Assembly (NCBI GenBank): GCA_963749655.1
Contig: CAVVOB010000018.1
Location: 1 to 64,000, forward strand
Length of the DNA stretch: 64,000 bases
Source: Nitrospirota bacterium
Lineage (GTDB): Bacteria; Nitrospirota; UBA9217
Direction: 5' to 3'
Made by a program: the position numbers and the translations under genes. The notes beneath the pieces were generated by a model. The model worked only from the letters and a program-made list of their open reading frames with translations. It had not been told where the DNA came from and searched no databases. Shown here piece by piece: positions 32,783 through 44,962 of this stretch. How positions within the stretch are numbered: position 1 is the first letter of the stretch; every line of letters starts with the position of its first letter.

Positions 32783-33529
32783 TTATAATTTTTTAGGGTC
32801 GTCCACAAATACGGTCTCTACGCCGAACACGTCGGCGACAACCGGCATGAGAGACCTGACGCCGGTCGTTTCCGTCGCATAATGTCCGGCAACGATAAGG
32901 TTCATGCCGTATTCCCTCGCGGCATTATAGACTGCGAGGTCGATCTCTCCGACCAGGAAACAGTCGAGGTGCTCCTGTACAGCCTGTTCGAGCAGGCTCC
33001 CACCGCCTCCGGAGACGATGCCCATGGTGCGTACACGTTTTTTCCCGAAGGAAATGGTCCGGCATGTGGTGTGCAAACGCCTGTTCAGTATCTTGACAAG
33101 CGCCTCGGGAGCGGCCGGAGCAGAAAGCGTACCTGCGTACCCGATCGTGATGCCGTGGTACCTTCCGAATCTGCGCGGGTCCCGCAGGTTGAGCATGCGG
33201 GACAACTGGATATTGTTTCCATACTCCTCGTGCCGGTCGAGGGGCAGATGAGCGGCATAGAGAGCTAGTTTATGCTTTTTCAGATACGCTGCTCGACCGT
33301 TTTCCAAGTCGCGGTCCTTTTGAGGCCGCCACTTGATGCCGTGGTGGACGACCAGAAGATCGACGTCGAGTTCAACCGCCTTCTCAAAGGTGGACAGGCA
33401 TCCGTCGACGGCAAAGCCGACTTTAGTCACGGCGCCTGCGCGGGAACCTGCCTGTAACCCGTTCAAGGAAGCATCTTTAATCTGTGCCACCCGAAGCGTA
33501 TTATTCAGGAATCCGGCAATGTTCCCCAC
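32783..33529 (-). CDS. Nif3-like dinuclear metal centre protein
   Basis: NGLQ, LLVVHHG, YAAHLPLD.H..YGNN, SGGG, AGHYATE; start uncertain. Confidence 0.88.
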   Translation of the reverse strand: MGNIAGFLNNTLRVAQIKDASLNGLQAGSRAGAVTKVGFAVDGCLSTFEKAVELDVDLLVVHHGIKWRPQKDRDLENGRAAYLKKHKLALYAAHLPLDRHEEYGNNIQLSRMLNLRDPRRFGRYHGITIGYAGTLSAPAAPEALVKILNRRLHTTCRTISFGKKRVRTMGIVSGGGGSLLEQAVQEHLDCFLVGEIDLAVYNAAREYGMNLIVAGHYATETTGVRSLMPVVADVFGVETVFVDDPKKL

Positions 33530-33576
33530 CGTCGGCCACGGACGGACCCCTTTCCCTGTTTTACGCTGCTGCTTTC

Positions 33577-34854
33577 TCAATGTCCGGTCTCTAGCGCACG
33601 GGCGCCGATGTCCCTGCGGTAGTGCGCCCCTTCGAAGGAAATAGCCTGAACCGCTTTGTAGGCATTGTCGATGGCTGCGGCAATGACCGGTCCGGTGCCC
33701 GTCACCCCCAGGACCCTCCCGCCGTCGGTGGCGATCGTATTGCCCTTGAACGCGCTCCCGGCGTGGAATACCGACACGTTGCTCAGTTTCGCCGCATTCT
33801 CCAATCCGTGGATCTCCTTGCCTTTTTCGTAGGCGCCGGGATATCCGCCCGACGCCATGACCACGCAGACCGCAGAATCCGGCTTCCACTTGATCTCTAC
33901 CTTAGCCAGCGTGCCCGCGAGGATGGCCTCGATGATGTCGATAAGGTCCGTATCAAGCCGCATCATGATCGGCTGGGTCTCCGGGTCGCCGAACCGTGCG
34001 TTGAACTCAAGCACCCTGGCCTCTCCGTTCTGGATCATGAGCCCGGCGTACAGCACGCCCTTGAACAGACGGCCCTCTTTTTCCATGGCCCGCACGGTCG
34101 GCACCATGATCGTCTCCATGACCTTCTTCTCAAGCTGCCGCGTCACGATCGGCGCCGGGGAATAAGCCCCCATGCCTCCCGTATTCGGCCCCTTGTCGGC
34201 ATCGAAGATGCGTTTGTGGTCCTGCGACGATGCCATGGGCACGACGGTCTTGCCGTCGGAAAAAGCCATGAACGACGCTTCCTCGCCCCTGAGGCATTCC
34301 TCGATCACTACGCGGTCGCCTGCAGTGCCGAAGGCCTTTTCGGTCATGATCTGGTCCAGCGCCTTGAGCGCCTCTTCCACGGTCTCAGCGACGACAACGC
34401 CTTTGCCTGCTGCAAGGCCGTCCGCCTTGACCACGATGGGGGCTCCCTTCCGGCTCACATAGTCCGCTGCCGCAGCCTTGTCGGTAAAGACCCCGTACTC
34501 CGCCGTGGGGATGTTGTATTTCTTCATCAGGTCCTTGGAGAACCGTTTACTTGCCTCGATCTCCGCCGCCCGCCCGCTCGGTCCGAAGGCGCGGAGCCCC
34601 TGCTTCGTAAACTCGTCCACAATGCCCATGGACAACGGTCCTTCGGGCCCGATCACGGCGAGGTCGATCGCCTTGGCTTTTGAGAAGGCCAGGAGCCCGG
34701 TAATGTCATCGGCCTTGATCTGCACGCACTCGGCGAGCTGCGCGATGCCTGCGTTGCCCGGAGCCGCGTAGATCTTCGTGACTTTCGGACTCTGCGCTAT
34801 CTTCCATACCAGCGCGTGCTCCCTGCCGCCGCCCCCTACTACCAGTACCTTCAT
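33577..34854 (-). CDS. purD: Phosphoribosylamine-glycine ligase
   Basis: GGGGREHAL, KADGLAAGKGV, QDHKR, GPNTGGMGAYSP, EFNARFGDPE. Confidence 0.97.
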   Translation of the reverse strand: MKVLVVGGGGREHALVWKIAQSPKVTKIYAAPGNAGIAQLAECVQIKADDITGLLAFSKAKAIDLAVIGPEGPLSMGIVDEFTKQGLRAFGPSGRAAEIEASKRFSKDLMKKYNIPTAEYGVFTDKAAAADYVSRKGAPIVVKADGLAAGKGVVVAETVEEALKALDQIMTEKAFGTAGDRVVIEECLRGEEASFMAFSDGKTVVPMASSQDHKRIFDADKGPNTGGMGAYSPAPIVTRQLEKKVMETIMVPTVRAMEKEGRLFKGVLYAGLMIQNGEARVLEFNARFGDPETQPIMMRLDTDLIDIIEAILAGTLAKVEIKWKPDSAVCVVMASGGYPGAYEKGKEIHGLENAAKLSNVSVFHAGSAFKGNTIATDGGRVLGVTGTGPVIAAAIDNAYKAVQAISFEGAHYRRDIGARALETGH

Positions 34855-34904
34855 TCCTGTTCTCCTTGCATTCTCAGATCCCCGAAGGCTGATGTCTCCG
34901 TCAG

Positions 34905-35753
34905 TCAGGGTTTCACATTCCGCATTTCACATTCCGCATTCCGCATTCGCCTCATTGCCTCATTCATACTCCCGCTCCGGTAGCCGTCAAGGTCGAGGCA
35001 TACGTAGGTGTACCCCAGTTCCTTCAGCGAAGCCGAGATCCGGTCCGCCATGTCCCCTTCCATCAGTTTCGCAAAATCCGCGCGGTCTATCTCGATCCTC
35101 GCAATTTCTCCGTGGTGCCTCACACGCACCTGCCTGAATCCGAATGCATGGAGATGATCTTCCGCAGCCTGGACGAGACTGAGTATTTCGGGAGTAATCC
35201 TGGTCCCATAGGGAATGCGTGAGGAGAGGCAGGCAAGGGAGGGTTTGTCCCACACGGGAAGGCCCAGCATACGGGCAAGCCGGCGGACGTCCTTTTTGGA
35301 GAGTCCTGCTTCCACCAGCGGGCTCCGGACGGAATATTCCTGCGCTGCTTTTCTGCCCGGGCGGTAATCCTTGAGGTCGTCGGTGTTCGATCCCTCGATG
35401 ACTGCGGCAATTCCCTCGGATGCGGCGATCGCGGAGAGCTTTTCGAAAAGTTCCTTCTTGCAGTGGTAGCAGCGGTCCGGCGTGTTGCTGACGAAGGCTT
35501 CGGACGCAAGCTCCTCCGTATGCAGGACCTTGTGCGTCACGCCGAGGGAGCGGGCGAAGTCCTTCGCGGCACGCAGTTCACCGGCGGGATAGGTCTCGGA
35601 AACTGCGGTAACGGCAATGCAATGCGGCCCCATGACTTCGGCAGCGGCCTTCAGGAGAAGCGAGCTGTCCACTCCGCCTGAGTAGGCAAGAACTGCAAGC
35701 TGCATATCATGGAGCAACGCCTTAAGTTGATCCCATTTTTGATCAATCACCAT
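34905..35753 (-). CDS. larE: LarE-like ATP-dependent sulfur transferase
   Basis: AYSGGVDS PP-loop, RCYHCK, DYRPG, ACLSSRIPYG, RVRHHG, GYRSGSMN. Confidence 0.88.
   Translation of the reverse strand: MVIDQKWDQLKALLHDMQLAVLAYSGGVDSSLLLKAAAEVMGPHCIAVTAVSETYPAGELRAAKDFARSLGVTHKVLHTEELASEAFVSNTPDRCYHCKKELFEKLSAIAASEGIAAVIEGSNTDDLKDYRPGRKAAQEYSVRSPLVEAGLSKKDVRRLARMLGLPVWDKPSLACLSSRIPYGTRITPEILSLVQAAEDHLHAFGFRQVRVRHHGEIARIEIDRADFAKLMEGDMADRISASLKELGYTYVCLDLDGYRSGSMNEAMRRMRNAECEMRNVKP
34911..34945. repeat. Heptamer tandem repeat (TTCCGCA/TTTCACA) x5
   Basis: TTTCACA TTCCGCA TTTCACA TTCCGCA TTCCGCA within the 3' end of larE. Confidence 0.8.
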
Positions 35754-35842
35754 CTGGGCGATAATAACACAGCTTGAACAGAAGTGTCAACAATTCTCGC
35801 ACGTTACCGGATAAAGTGCACGCCGGAACGTGAAGAGGCGGG

Positions 35843-36646
35843 CTATTTTGTTCCTGCTCCGGCCGTGAACCCGAGCTTCATGGAAAGCGCCTGCCCCGCC
35901 TCCTGCAGAGTGCTGATGAGACCGCCCTTTTCAAGCCGCTCATTGGTCAGTCTGCCGGCCGGGGCGATGATGCCGATCGCGGCGATCACGTTCCCGGAAA
36001 AATCTTTCACCGCTACAGCGAGGCCGCCCACGTCTTCCTCGGCCTCCTCCTGTTCAAGGGCATATCCTTTCTGCACGATCGCGGCCATCTGATCAAGCAG
36101 CGCTTTGCGGGTCTTGACGCACCGGTCCGTGACTGCGACCAGATCGGGTTCGGGATAGAGCCGCTCTATTTCGACGGGTGAAAGGCGCGCGAGCTGGATC
36201 TTTCCGACTGCCGTGCAGTAGGCGGGATACATCGCGCCGACTCTCGACACCGCCCGCACGATCCGGTCCGGTTCGACGCTGTCCATGTAGATCACCTTGT
36301 TCCCGCGAAGCACCCCCACGACTGCCGTCTCGCCGGCAGCGGCGGAAAGCTTCTCGAGGATCGGCCGCGCCTGACGGCGGCACTCGCGCTGCTCGATGAA
36401 GATCGCCCCGATCTGAAGCGTCTTCGCGCCGAGCCGGTAATTTTCCGTGGCCCTGTTCTGCTCGATATACCCGCGATGTTCCAGCGTCGCAAGCAGTCGA
36501 AACACGTTGTTCTTGTGAAGACCCAGCCGTTTCGAAAGCTCCGTTACGCCGAGCTCGTCCTCTGTTTTCGTGAACGACTCGAGGATGTCGAGGGCATGGG
36601 ATACGGACTGGATCGTATAGTTGGACTTTTCTCTTTTCGTGATCAT
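35843..36646 (-). CDS. IclR-family transcriptional regulator
   Basis: N-terminal HTH (GVTELSKRLGLHKNNVFRLLATL), YCTAVGK. Confidence 0.9.
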   Translation of the reverse strand: MITKREKSNYTIQSVSHALDILESFTKTEDELGVTELSKRLGLHKNNVFRLLATLEHRGYIEQNRATENYRLGAKTLQIGAIFIEQRECRRQARPILEKLSAAAGETAVVGVLRGNKVIYMDSVEPDRIVRAVSRVGAMYPAYCTAVGKIQLARLSPVEIERLYPEPDLVAVTDRCVKTRKALLDQMAAIVQKGYALEQEEAEEDVGGLAVAVKDFSGNVIAAIGIIAPAGRLTNERLEKGGLISTLQEAGQALSMKLGFTAGAGTK

Positions 36647-36954
36647 TCTTTCCTAATTCATTCCTTTCCTGTTGTTTTACTTCCGGCCGATTCCTCAAAG
36701 CTCAGTTCGCCCTACGAAGATGCAAGGAGACCCACAATAATAATCAACAAAAACAAAGGTATCTTCCGGGGCCGCTGATACCGGGTCATGTATCAAAATT
36801 ATAAAACAGGTGTTTAATATTAAAAGGGCAGAACGTCTTTGTCAAGCAGAAAGGGCAAAAGTGGCAGGAATTTCAGTCCGTCGTTCGTCCGAATTGAACT
36901 AATACTCTTGGGACGGCAGGGAAGCAAGCTGCGGGGCAGCGTTTACTCCGGAAT

Positions 36955-37539
36955 TCACGCAGAAGAACGAGCAGCGCCGCTGAAAAAAAGCGCACTAATG
37001 AGGCCCCACAATCCGAAGATGATGAAGATCACAGCGGCGACCCACTTGATCTGCTTCTCCGGTATTTTTTTGTGAAGGACGATTCCGGCAATGATGCCGA
37101 TCGCGTCGGCTATGAGCATGCCGGTCGTAGTGCCGATCCAGACGGGAATGATCGTATTGAAGTCTGCAGCCAGGGCGACCGTGGCGAGCTGGGTCTTGTC
37201 GCCCATCTCGGCGATGAAGAAGGCGACCGTGACGGTCCAGAAGGGGCTGAAATTGAACCTTCTGTCCTCGCCTTCCAGTTTGTCGCCGCGGATGGTCCAG
37301 AGACCGAAGATGATGAAGGAGGCCGAAGCCGCGATCTTGATGTAATTCAGCGGAACGAGGTTCGTGAGGTAGTTGCCGACCGCCACGGCAAAGAGATGGT
37401 TCGCTGCCGTGGCCGCAAACACACCCCACATCACGGTCTGCCACCTGAAGCGGGTCGCAAATGCCATGGCGAGAAGCTGGGTCTTGTCGCCCATCTCGGC
37501 CAGGACCACGATCGCGAGCGACGTGAGGAACGCCGTCAC
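36955..37539 (-). CDS. TMEM165/GDT1 (UPF0016) Mn2+/Ca2+ transporter
   Basis: Two AEMGDKTQL motifs. Confidence 0.93.
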   Translation of the reverse strand: MTAFLTSLAIVVLAEMGDKTQLLAMAFATRFRWQTVMWGVFAATAANHLFAVAVGNYLTNLVPLNYIKIAASASFIIFGLWTIRGDKLEGEDRRFNFSPFWTVTVAFFIAEMGDKTQLATVALAADFNTIIPVWIGTTTGMLIADAIGIIAGIVLHKKIPEKQIKWVAAVIFIIFGLWGLISALFFSGAARSSA

Positions 37540-38243
37540 TTGAGAACTTCCTTCTGCTTCCTGATCAGCGTCTTGACGCCCTTCTCTGCCAGGGCAAGAA
37601 GTCTGCTTAAATCCGCTTTGGAGAACGGTTTTCCTTCCGCAGTCCCCTGCACCTCGACGATCGCTCCTGTGCCCGTCATCACGAGGTTCATGTCCACCTC
37701 TGCCGACGAATCCTCGACGTAGCAGAGGTCGAGCAGCGCTTTTCCCTCCACGATCCCGACGCTGACGGCCGCCAGATGATCCGTGACCGGTATGCAGTCG
37801 ATGAGTCCCTGTTTCTTCATGTGTCTGAGCGCATCGACGAGGGCGACAAAAGCGCCTGTGATGGAGGCTGTACGCGTGCCGCCATCGGCCTGGACCACGT
37901 CGCAGTCGATCAGCACCGATCTCTCACCGAGGGTCTTCATGTCAACAACGGAGCGGAGGGACCGTCCGATGAGCCGCTGAATCTCGTGAGTGCGGCCGCC
38001 TACCTTGTTCCGCTCGCGCTGAATCCGCTGCGCCGACGACCGAGGCAGCATGGCGTACTCGGCAGTGACCCAGCCGGTGCCCTTTCCCCGCAGAAAGGGC
38101 GGAACCGAATTCTCGACCGTGGCCGTGCAGATGACCTTGGTGTCGCCCATCTCGATCAGCGCCGACCCCTCGGCGGACTTTATGTAGTTCCTCGTGATCT
38201 TCACCCTGCGGAGCTCGTCCGCTTTCCTGTCGTCTGTACGCAT
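37536..38243 (-). CDS. rph: Ribonuclease PH
   Basis: [46 protein letters not shown]. Confidence 0.97.
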   Translation of the reverse strand: MRTDDRKADELRRVKITRNYIKSAEGSALIEMGDTKVICTATVENSVPPFLRGKGTGWVTAEYAMLPRSSAQRIQRERNKVGGRTHEIQRLIGRSLRSVVDMKTLGERSVLIDCDVVQADGGTRTASITGAFVALVDALRHMKKQGLIDCIPVTDHLAAVSVGIVEGKALLDLCYVEDSSAEVDMNLVMTGTGAIVEVQGTAEGKPFSKADLSRLLALAEKGVKTLIRKQKEVLK

Positions 38244-38333
38244 GAACCCTCCTGGTGGTTTTAATTGCCGATCAACACGGTTAAACCTGAACCGGGCAGG
38301 TTGCTGAAAAACTCCTGGTAATCTGCGCCTGCA

Positions 38334-39101
38334 TCAAAATTGGAAGTATTTTGTTTTTCCTTTGCCCACGGGCTTCGCGGTTTTCAACATGCTGTCCACA
38401 AGTTCTTTGGCTTTTTCCACGGACTTTTCCACAGGCAATCCCCGTGCTATGAACACGGCGATTGCTGAGGAAAGCACGCACCCGGTGCCGTGAAAATCCC
38501 CTGATCTTCGCGCTGTGGAAAACTGAAACACGGTCTTGCCGCCGTAGAACGTGTCGGTTGCGGCACCGGACCGATGGCCGCCTTTGATCAGAACATAGGC
38601 AGGCCCTGTGTCCAGGATCTTTCCCGCGGCATAGTCCATGTCCCGGTCCGATGCTATGAGCAGGCCGGACAATAGCTCCGCTTCAGGGATATTGGGAGTG
38701 ACCAGCAGGGCGAGCGGAAAGAGCTTTTTCCGGAGTGTTACGATGCCGTCCTCCTCCAGGAGGCAGGCGCCGGAACTGGAGCGTATCACCGGGTCGACAA
38801 CAAGGTTCCTGATCCGTGATGCTTTGATCGCCCCGGCTACGACGGACACATTTTCCTTCGTGAGGAGCATACCCGTCTTGATCGCGTCCGGCCTGATATC
38901 GGACAGCAGGCTGCGGAGCTGCTGTTCGAGGATGCGGCCCTTGACCGACTCCGCGGTGGAGACTCCCCGGCTGTTCTGGGCTGTAAGGGCGGCGGGAATT
39001 GCCATGCCGAAAACGCCAAGCTTCTGAAAGGTCTTGAGGTCAACCTGGATGCCCGCGCCGCCTGAGGGGTCGGAGCCTGCTATGGAAAGAACTTTTATCA
39101 T
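38334..39101 (-). CDS. thiD: HMP/HMP-P kinase
   Basis: IAGSDPSGGAGIQ.DLKTF, KTGML, TPNIPEAE, KGGH, HGTGC. Confidence 0.95.
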   Translation of the reverse strand: MIKVLSIAGSDPSGGAGIQVDLKTFQKLGVFGMAIPAALTAQNSRGVSTAESVKGRILEQQLRSLLSDIRPDAIKTGMLLTKENVSVVAGAIKASRIRNLVVDPVIRSSSGACLLEEDGIVTLRKKLFPLALLVTPNIPEAELLSGLLIASDRDMDYAAGKILDTGPAYVLIKGGHRSGAATDTFYGGKTVFQFSTARRSGDFHGTGCVLSSAIAVFIARGLPVEKSVEKAKELVDSMLKTAKPVGKGKTKYFQF

Positions 39102-39110
39102 TGAACCACC

Positions 39111-39205
39111 GTGAGGAGTGAGGGGTTAGGTGTAAGGAGAAAACGACAGCACTCCGGCTCGGCACCCTTTCTTTTTCTACTCGCTCCTCACTCCTTCCTC
39201 CTCAC
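39111..39205. repeat. Inverted heptamer arrays (GTGAGGA-type / TCCTCAC-type)
   Basis: GTGAGGA GTGAGGG GTTAGGT GTAAGGA ... CTCGCTC CTCACTC CTTCCTC CTCAC between the M23 gene and thiD. Confidence 0.75.
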
Positions 39206-39212
39206 AGGTGCA

Positions 39213-40061
39213 TCATTCCAGCTTCAAATGGATCAGTTCCAGAGGGTCCACCCGGGCGCCCTGAACGCGCGCGCCCCAGTGCAGGCACGAGCCGGTAACG
39301 CGGCCGGTTGCCCCGACCAGCCCGATAATGTCGCCTTTCATGACTGCCTGGCCGTTCCTGACATTAATTTTGGAAAGATGAAAGAACATCGTGTAGATGC
39401 CCTGGCCGTGATCGAGCACGACGCTGTTGCCGGAATAGAACTGTTCCTCCGCCAGCACCACCACGCCGCTGTTCGGGGCACGAACCGGCTCTCCTTCCTC
39501 GGCCGAGAGGTCCACGCCGGTATGAGAATTTTTCGGAATGTTATTGATGATCCTCCTCATTCCGAACAGCGTCGTAATTTCTTTTCCCGGCAAAGGATCG
39601 CTGAAGCCGCCGTCCCACAGGCGCATGGAGTCAACGGGCCATATCCTCGACAATTTTTTCTGCTCCTGCTCTACCCTCGCCTCATTCTCCGGAGAAAGGA
39701 CCACTTTGTCCTCGGGCAGCGTGAGCCGCTGGAGCGGGTAAAATTTCTTTGACACCCTGATTATGCGATGAATTGTCCTGCCTTTGCTTGTCAGGACAAG
39801 AGGATATTTCCCCGGTTCCTTCACGAGGTCGATGCCGATAATGGCCTTATAAGCTCCTTGGATAAAATTGAAGTGTATTGCCCTGTTGTCAAAGCTTCCC
39901 TCCACGGGGCCGTCAGCATTTTTCACCATGACCTGCAGGATGTCTCCGGGGCCCACCTTGTTCGGGGAGAGAAGCACCTTCAACGAAGCAGCATTTGCGA
40001 TCGTTCCTGTTCCCAGCGACGCTGCCAGTGCAATGAGGAAGATAACAAAAAATCTTTTCAT
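39213..40061 (-). CDS. M23 family metallopeptidase
   Basis: Signal peptide, HTGVD, DHGQG, HLS, TG..TG..LHW. Confidence 0.9.
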   Translation of the reverse strand: MKRFFVIFLIALAASLGTGTIANAASLKVLLSPNKVGPGDILQVMVKNADGPVEGSFDNRAIHFNFIQGAYKAIIGIDLVKEPGKYPLVLTSKGRTIHRIIRVSKKFYPLQRLTLPEDKVVLSPENEARVEQEQKKLSRIWPVDSMRLWDGGFSDPLPGKEITTLFGMRRIINNIPKNSHTGVDLSAEEGEPVRAPNSGVVVLAEEQFYSGNSVVLDHGQGIYTMFFHLSKINVRNGQAVMKGDIIGLVGATGRVTGSCLHWGARVQGARVDPLELIHLKLE

Positions 40062-40079
40062 ATCAATTTAACCTTCCGG

Positions 40080-41390
<1,311 letters not shown>

Positions 41391-41394
41391 CTCA

Positions 41395-42027
41395 TTATTT
41401 TCCGGACACGCTGTTCACCAGGTCCGAAACTTCCTGTGCTTTACGCTCGATATCTTGAGCGCTGAATATTTCAGATATCAGAGCTATACCTGCAACTCCC
41501 GTCCCGATCACTTGACCAGCATTCCCACTTTTTATGCCACCAAGCCCAAATATTGGAATTGACACTCCACTCACTGCCGCTCTAAGTGATTCAACACCCA
41601 CCGGTGCGCCGAAATTAACTTTAGATGAAGTCTCGTAAACCGGTCCGTAGGTAATAAAATCAGCGCCGCCCTGTTCAGCTGCCCTCGCCTCTTCGAGATT
41701 GTGAGTCGATGCGCCGATCATGAGCCGGCTGCCGGCCACCTTCCTGGCCGCGTCCACGGGCATGCTGTCATGACCCAGGTGAACACCGTCGGCATCAACA
41801 ATCATCGCCACATCGAGGCGGTCATTGATGAACAATCGCGCCCCGAATTCCCTTGTCAGCGCCCGCATCTCCCGCGCCAGGGCCAGAAGTTCCCTCACCG
41901 GCAGGTCCTTCTCCCGCAGCTGGATCGCACGGACCCCGCCTTTCAGCGCAAGGCGAGCAGCGTCGGAAAGCGGCTGTTTGATCTGCTTCCGGTCGGTGAT
42001 GAGGTAGAGGTTGAAGTCGATAGCCAT
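41395..42027 (-). CDS. thiE: Thiamine-phosphate synthase
   Basis: LYLITD, QLREK, INDR, DGVHLG, GASTH, GPVYETSSK, LGGI. Confidence 0.95.
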   Translation of the reverse strand: MAIDFNLYLITDRKQIKQPLSDAARLALKGGVRAIQLREKDLPVRELLALAREMRALTREFGARLFINDRLDVAMIVDADGVHLGHDSMPVDAARKVAGSRLMIGASTHNLEEARAAEQGGADFITYGPVYETSSKVNFGAPVGVESLRAAVSGVSIPIFGLGGIKSGNAGQVIGTGVAGIALISEIFSAQDIERKAQEVSDLVNSVSGK

Positions 42028-42029
42028 CA

Positions 42030-42101
42030 GTGAGGAGTGAAACGTAAGGAGTAAGGAGAAAAACTTACTTCTCCCCTCACGCCTCACTCCTGACTCCTTA
42101 C
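42030..42101. repeat. Inverted heptamer arrays (same family as 39111)
   Basis: GTGAGGA GTGAAAC GTAAGGA GTAAGGA ... CCCTCAC GCCTCAC TCCTGAC TCCTTAC between thiG and thiE. Confidence 0.75.
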
Positions 42102-42111
42102 GGGTTAGTGC

Positions 42112-42891
42112 TCAGCTTCCGATAACCCCCTCGATCGGACTGCTGGCCGTTGCGTAGAGCTTTTTCGGAATCCGCCCTGCCCGGTATGCCAGCCTGCCTG
42201 CGAGCACGCCGAATTTCATCGCTTCGGCCATGGCGATCGGGTCCCGCGCGCCGGCAATGGCCGTGTTGAGAAGCACGGCATCGCACCCAAGCTCCATGGC
42301 AAGCGCTACATCCGATGCCGTGCCGACGCCGGCATCCACGACCACGGGGACCTTCACGGTTTCCATGATGATCAGGATGTTGTAGGGGTTCCTGATGCCG
42401 AGGCCTGATCCGATAGGCGCGGCAAGCGGCATTACGGCCGGGCAGCCGATGTCCACGAGCTTCTTTGCCATAATGGGGTCGTCGCTCGTGTACGGCAGCA
42501 CGATCAACCCCTCCTTGACGAGCACCTTTGCCGCCTCAAGGGTCGCCTCGTTGTCCGGGAACAATGTTTTCTGATCGCCGATGACTTCGAGCTTCACGAG
42601 CTTCGTAATGCCCGCTTCCGCAGCGAGCATGGCGGTTCGGATCGCGTCCTTCGCAGTGAAGCAGCCTGCCGTGTTCGGAAGGATCTTGTACTTTTTCGGA
42701 TCGATATAATCGAGCAGGTTTTCCTTGCTCTTGTCGATGATGTTCACCCGCCGCACCGACACGGTCACGACATCGGTGCCCGAGACCTCGATGGCCCTCT
42801 TCGTTTCGGCGAAATCCTTGTATTTGCCCGTACCGACCCAGAGGCGGGACTGAAATTCGATGCCGGCTATCGTAAGTTTGTTATCTGTCAT
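42112..42891 (-). CDS. thiG: Thiazole synthase
   Basis: [45 protein letters not shown]. Confidence 0.97.
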   Translation of the reverse strand: MTDNKLTIAGIEFQSRLWVGTGKYKDFAETKRAIEVSGTDVVTVSVRRVNIIDKSKENLLDYIDPKKYKILPNTAGCFTAKDAIRTAMLAAEAGITKLVKLEVIGDQKTLFPDNEATLEAAKVLVKEGLIVLPYTSDDPIMAKKLVDIGCPAVMPLAAPIGSGLGIRNPYNILIIMETVKVPVVVDAGVGTASDVALAMELGCDAVLLNTAIAGARDPIAMAEAMKFGVLAGRLAYRAGRIPKKLYATASSPIEGVIGS

Positions 42892-42916
42892 CGGCTTTGC
42901 TCCTTTGGTTAAAAGC

Positions 42917-43031
42917 AGCTGTCAGCGGTCAGCTGTCAGCAACATTCCGCAATCCAATTGCATTCCTGGCCCCTTGTTACTGGCTACTGGCCCCTCACTT
43001 TAATGATTCCGCATTCCGAATTCCGCATTCC
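42917..43031. repeat. Cluster of three heptamer-repeat types
   Basis: GCTGTCA/GCGGTCA x3, CTGGCYM-type, TTCCGCA/TTCCGAA x3 between thiS and thiG. Confidence 0.7.
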
Positions 43032-43232
43032 AAGGCCGCCCCCCATGAAAGCCACGACTTCGAGGGAATCATTTTCCTTAAGAGCTGTCTGCGGATAGTG
43101 GTCTTTTTTCACAATCGACTCGTTCAGCTCAACCGCAACGCGCTGGTGCTGAATCTGCAAGAGTTCCAGCAGACCGAGGATTGTAATATCGTCGGGGACT
43201 TTTTTTTTCTCGCCGTTCAACGTAATGTTCAT
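42984..43232 (-). CDS. thiS: Sulfur carrier ThiS with an extension after the Gly-Gly motif
   Basis: ITLNGE, VAVELN..IV, D.LEVVAFMGGG. Confidence 0.9.
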   Translation of the reverse strand: MNITLNGEKKKVPDDITILGLLELLQIQHQRVAVELNESIVKKDHYPQTALKENDSLEVVAFMGGGLGMRNSECGIIKVRGQ

Positions 43233-43251
43233 ACTCTTCCGTCATAAACGC

Positions 43252-43277
43252 AAAAAGCCGTATCCGGAGATACGGCT
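43252..43277 (-). terminator. Expression-platform terminator of the TPP riboswitch
   Basis: AGCCGTATC/GATACGGCT stem plus T5 on the minus strand between the aptamer and thiS. Confidence 0.75.
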
Positions 43278-43304
43278 CGAAAGGTTGCCAACCACATGTT
43301 CCTG

Positions 43305-43390
43305 CTCGCCTTCCCTACGCCGGCACTACCCGGATCAGGTTCCAAGGGTCGTCCTATAAGGACTCTCAGCCTTGCGGCTCCCCCGGCACT
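43305..43390 (-). ncRNA. TPP riboswitch
   Basis: Minus strand reads GGGGAGCC..GGCTGAGA...ACCCTTGGAACCTGATCCGGGTAGTGCCGGCGTAGGGAA, upstream of thiSGEC. Confidence 0.95.
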
Positions 43391-43650
43391 GTTGTCCTAC
43401 AATACGGCATGACCGATCTAAAAGTCAACGGTTTTGTTGAGTGATGTTGAGTGACTTCCGCTGCAAGAGGTGCCGCAGGACGCCGATTGAGCACAGTTAT
43501 TTTGGTATTTACAAAACAAAAAATGAAAATCATCTTGACAAAGAGTCAGGTAGTGCACTATGATTACATTGATTCCGCCATACAAACCCATCAAGAATTT
43601 CTTCTCGCGGGCCAAAAAGTCTTTTTTTCAATAAACGGAAAGGACCGCCC

Positions 43651-44906
43651 ATGAAAAACGTTCTTGTTTCCCTCGTCCTTCTCACTGTACCTCTTTTTTC
43701 CTTCCATTCGGCAACCGCAAAAGACAAACAAGACTGTGTGACGGCATCAAAGCTCTCCCGCGAGGCCGCCGAGATTTCGGCATCCAACCCCGGCTTCGCT
43801 GAGCTGAAAAGAAGCTCCGCCAGGCCATCGAACTGTGCGATGCCAGCGCTTCCCTCCATTACAACCTTGCCCTCGCAGCGTACCAGCTGACGCAGTATGG
43901 GACAGCGGAGACGGAGCTCGAACGCGCAATCGAATTGAACCCCTCCTTTGCCAGGGCGTACAATGCGCTCGCATCCCTCTACCCCCTTAAACCGGACGGG
44001 GATCTCAGCCGTGCCAAGGAACTTGCTGACAAGGCGATTGCCATCGAACCCGGAAACAAACAGTACCGGCAGACCCTTGAGATGCTGAACGCGAGCGTGG
44101 ATTTTCCTCCCCGCACGACGGCCAGCAAACCTGATGCGGTCGCAGTCGTGATCGGAAACAGGAGCTACCACAACGGGACCATCCCTTCCGTCTCCTATGC
44201 GGTCCAGGACGCTGTCGCCGTCAAAAAATATCTTACCGAGTCTCTGGGCTTCAAAGAGAACAACATCCTGTTCCTCACGAATGCATCCTACGTGGATTTC
44301 ATCAAGCTTTTCGGCGACGCCAATGACTACAAGGGCATCCTGTACAACCGGACGCGAAAGGACCGCTCGGACATCTTCATTTACTATTCCGGCCACGGCG
44401 TGCCCGATACCAACACGAAAAAACCCTATCTTGTTCCCTCGGACGCAGATCCTTCCATCATCAAAATTACCGGATATCCTCTCGAAACGTTCTACGGGAA
44501 CCTTGCAAAGCTCGAGAACGACAAAAAACCCAGGAGCATAACCATTGTGCTCGACGCCTGCTTCAGCGGCGGCTACAACAACGGCATGCTCATATCCAAT
44601 GCAAGCCCTCTTTTTATCGAAGCGTCCAACCCGGCGCTCACGCTCAAGGACGCGGTGGTCTTTTCCAGTTCGAAAGGCAACCAGATCAGTTCCTGGTACA
44701 TTGAACAGAACCACGGACTGTTCACGTACAACTTCCTCAAAACGCTCAAAAGCGACATCGAGCAGGGCAAACGGGGAATCACGGCAAAGGACATTGAAAA
44801 GGCTCTCCTGGATGCGGACGGCGTGAATGACCAGGCCTGGAGACTGTATAACCGCGAACAGGAACCTCAGGTCGTCGGCAATAAGAACATAATCCTGCTT
44901 CCTTGA
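43651..44906 (+). CDS. Secreted TPR + caspase-like (peptidase C14) protein; frameshifted in the TPR region
   Basis: Signal peptide at 43651; TPR-like NPSFARAYNALA; AVVIGNRSY, YYSGHG and LDACFSG catalytic dyad, HGLFTY, QEPQ. Confidence 0.85.
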
Positions 44907-44962
44907 CGTTTTCCGCGCCCACGCGCATGGAATACAATGTTTGGTAGAAAGGAGATCTTTCC

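Noticed and set aside
38296-38318. IS/MITE end (GCAGGTTGCTGAAAAA)
   Set aside because: It resembles IS-type termini, but no partner inverted repeat or TSD was found.
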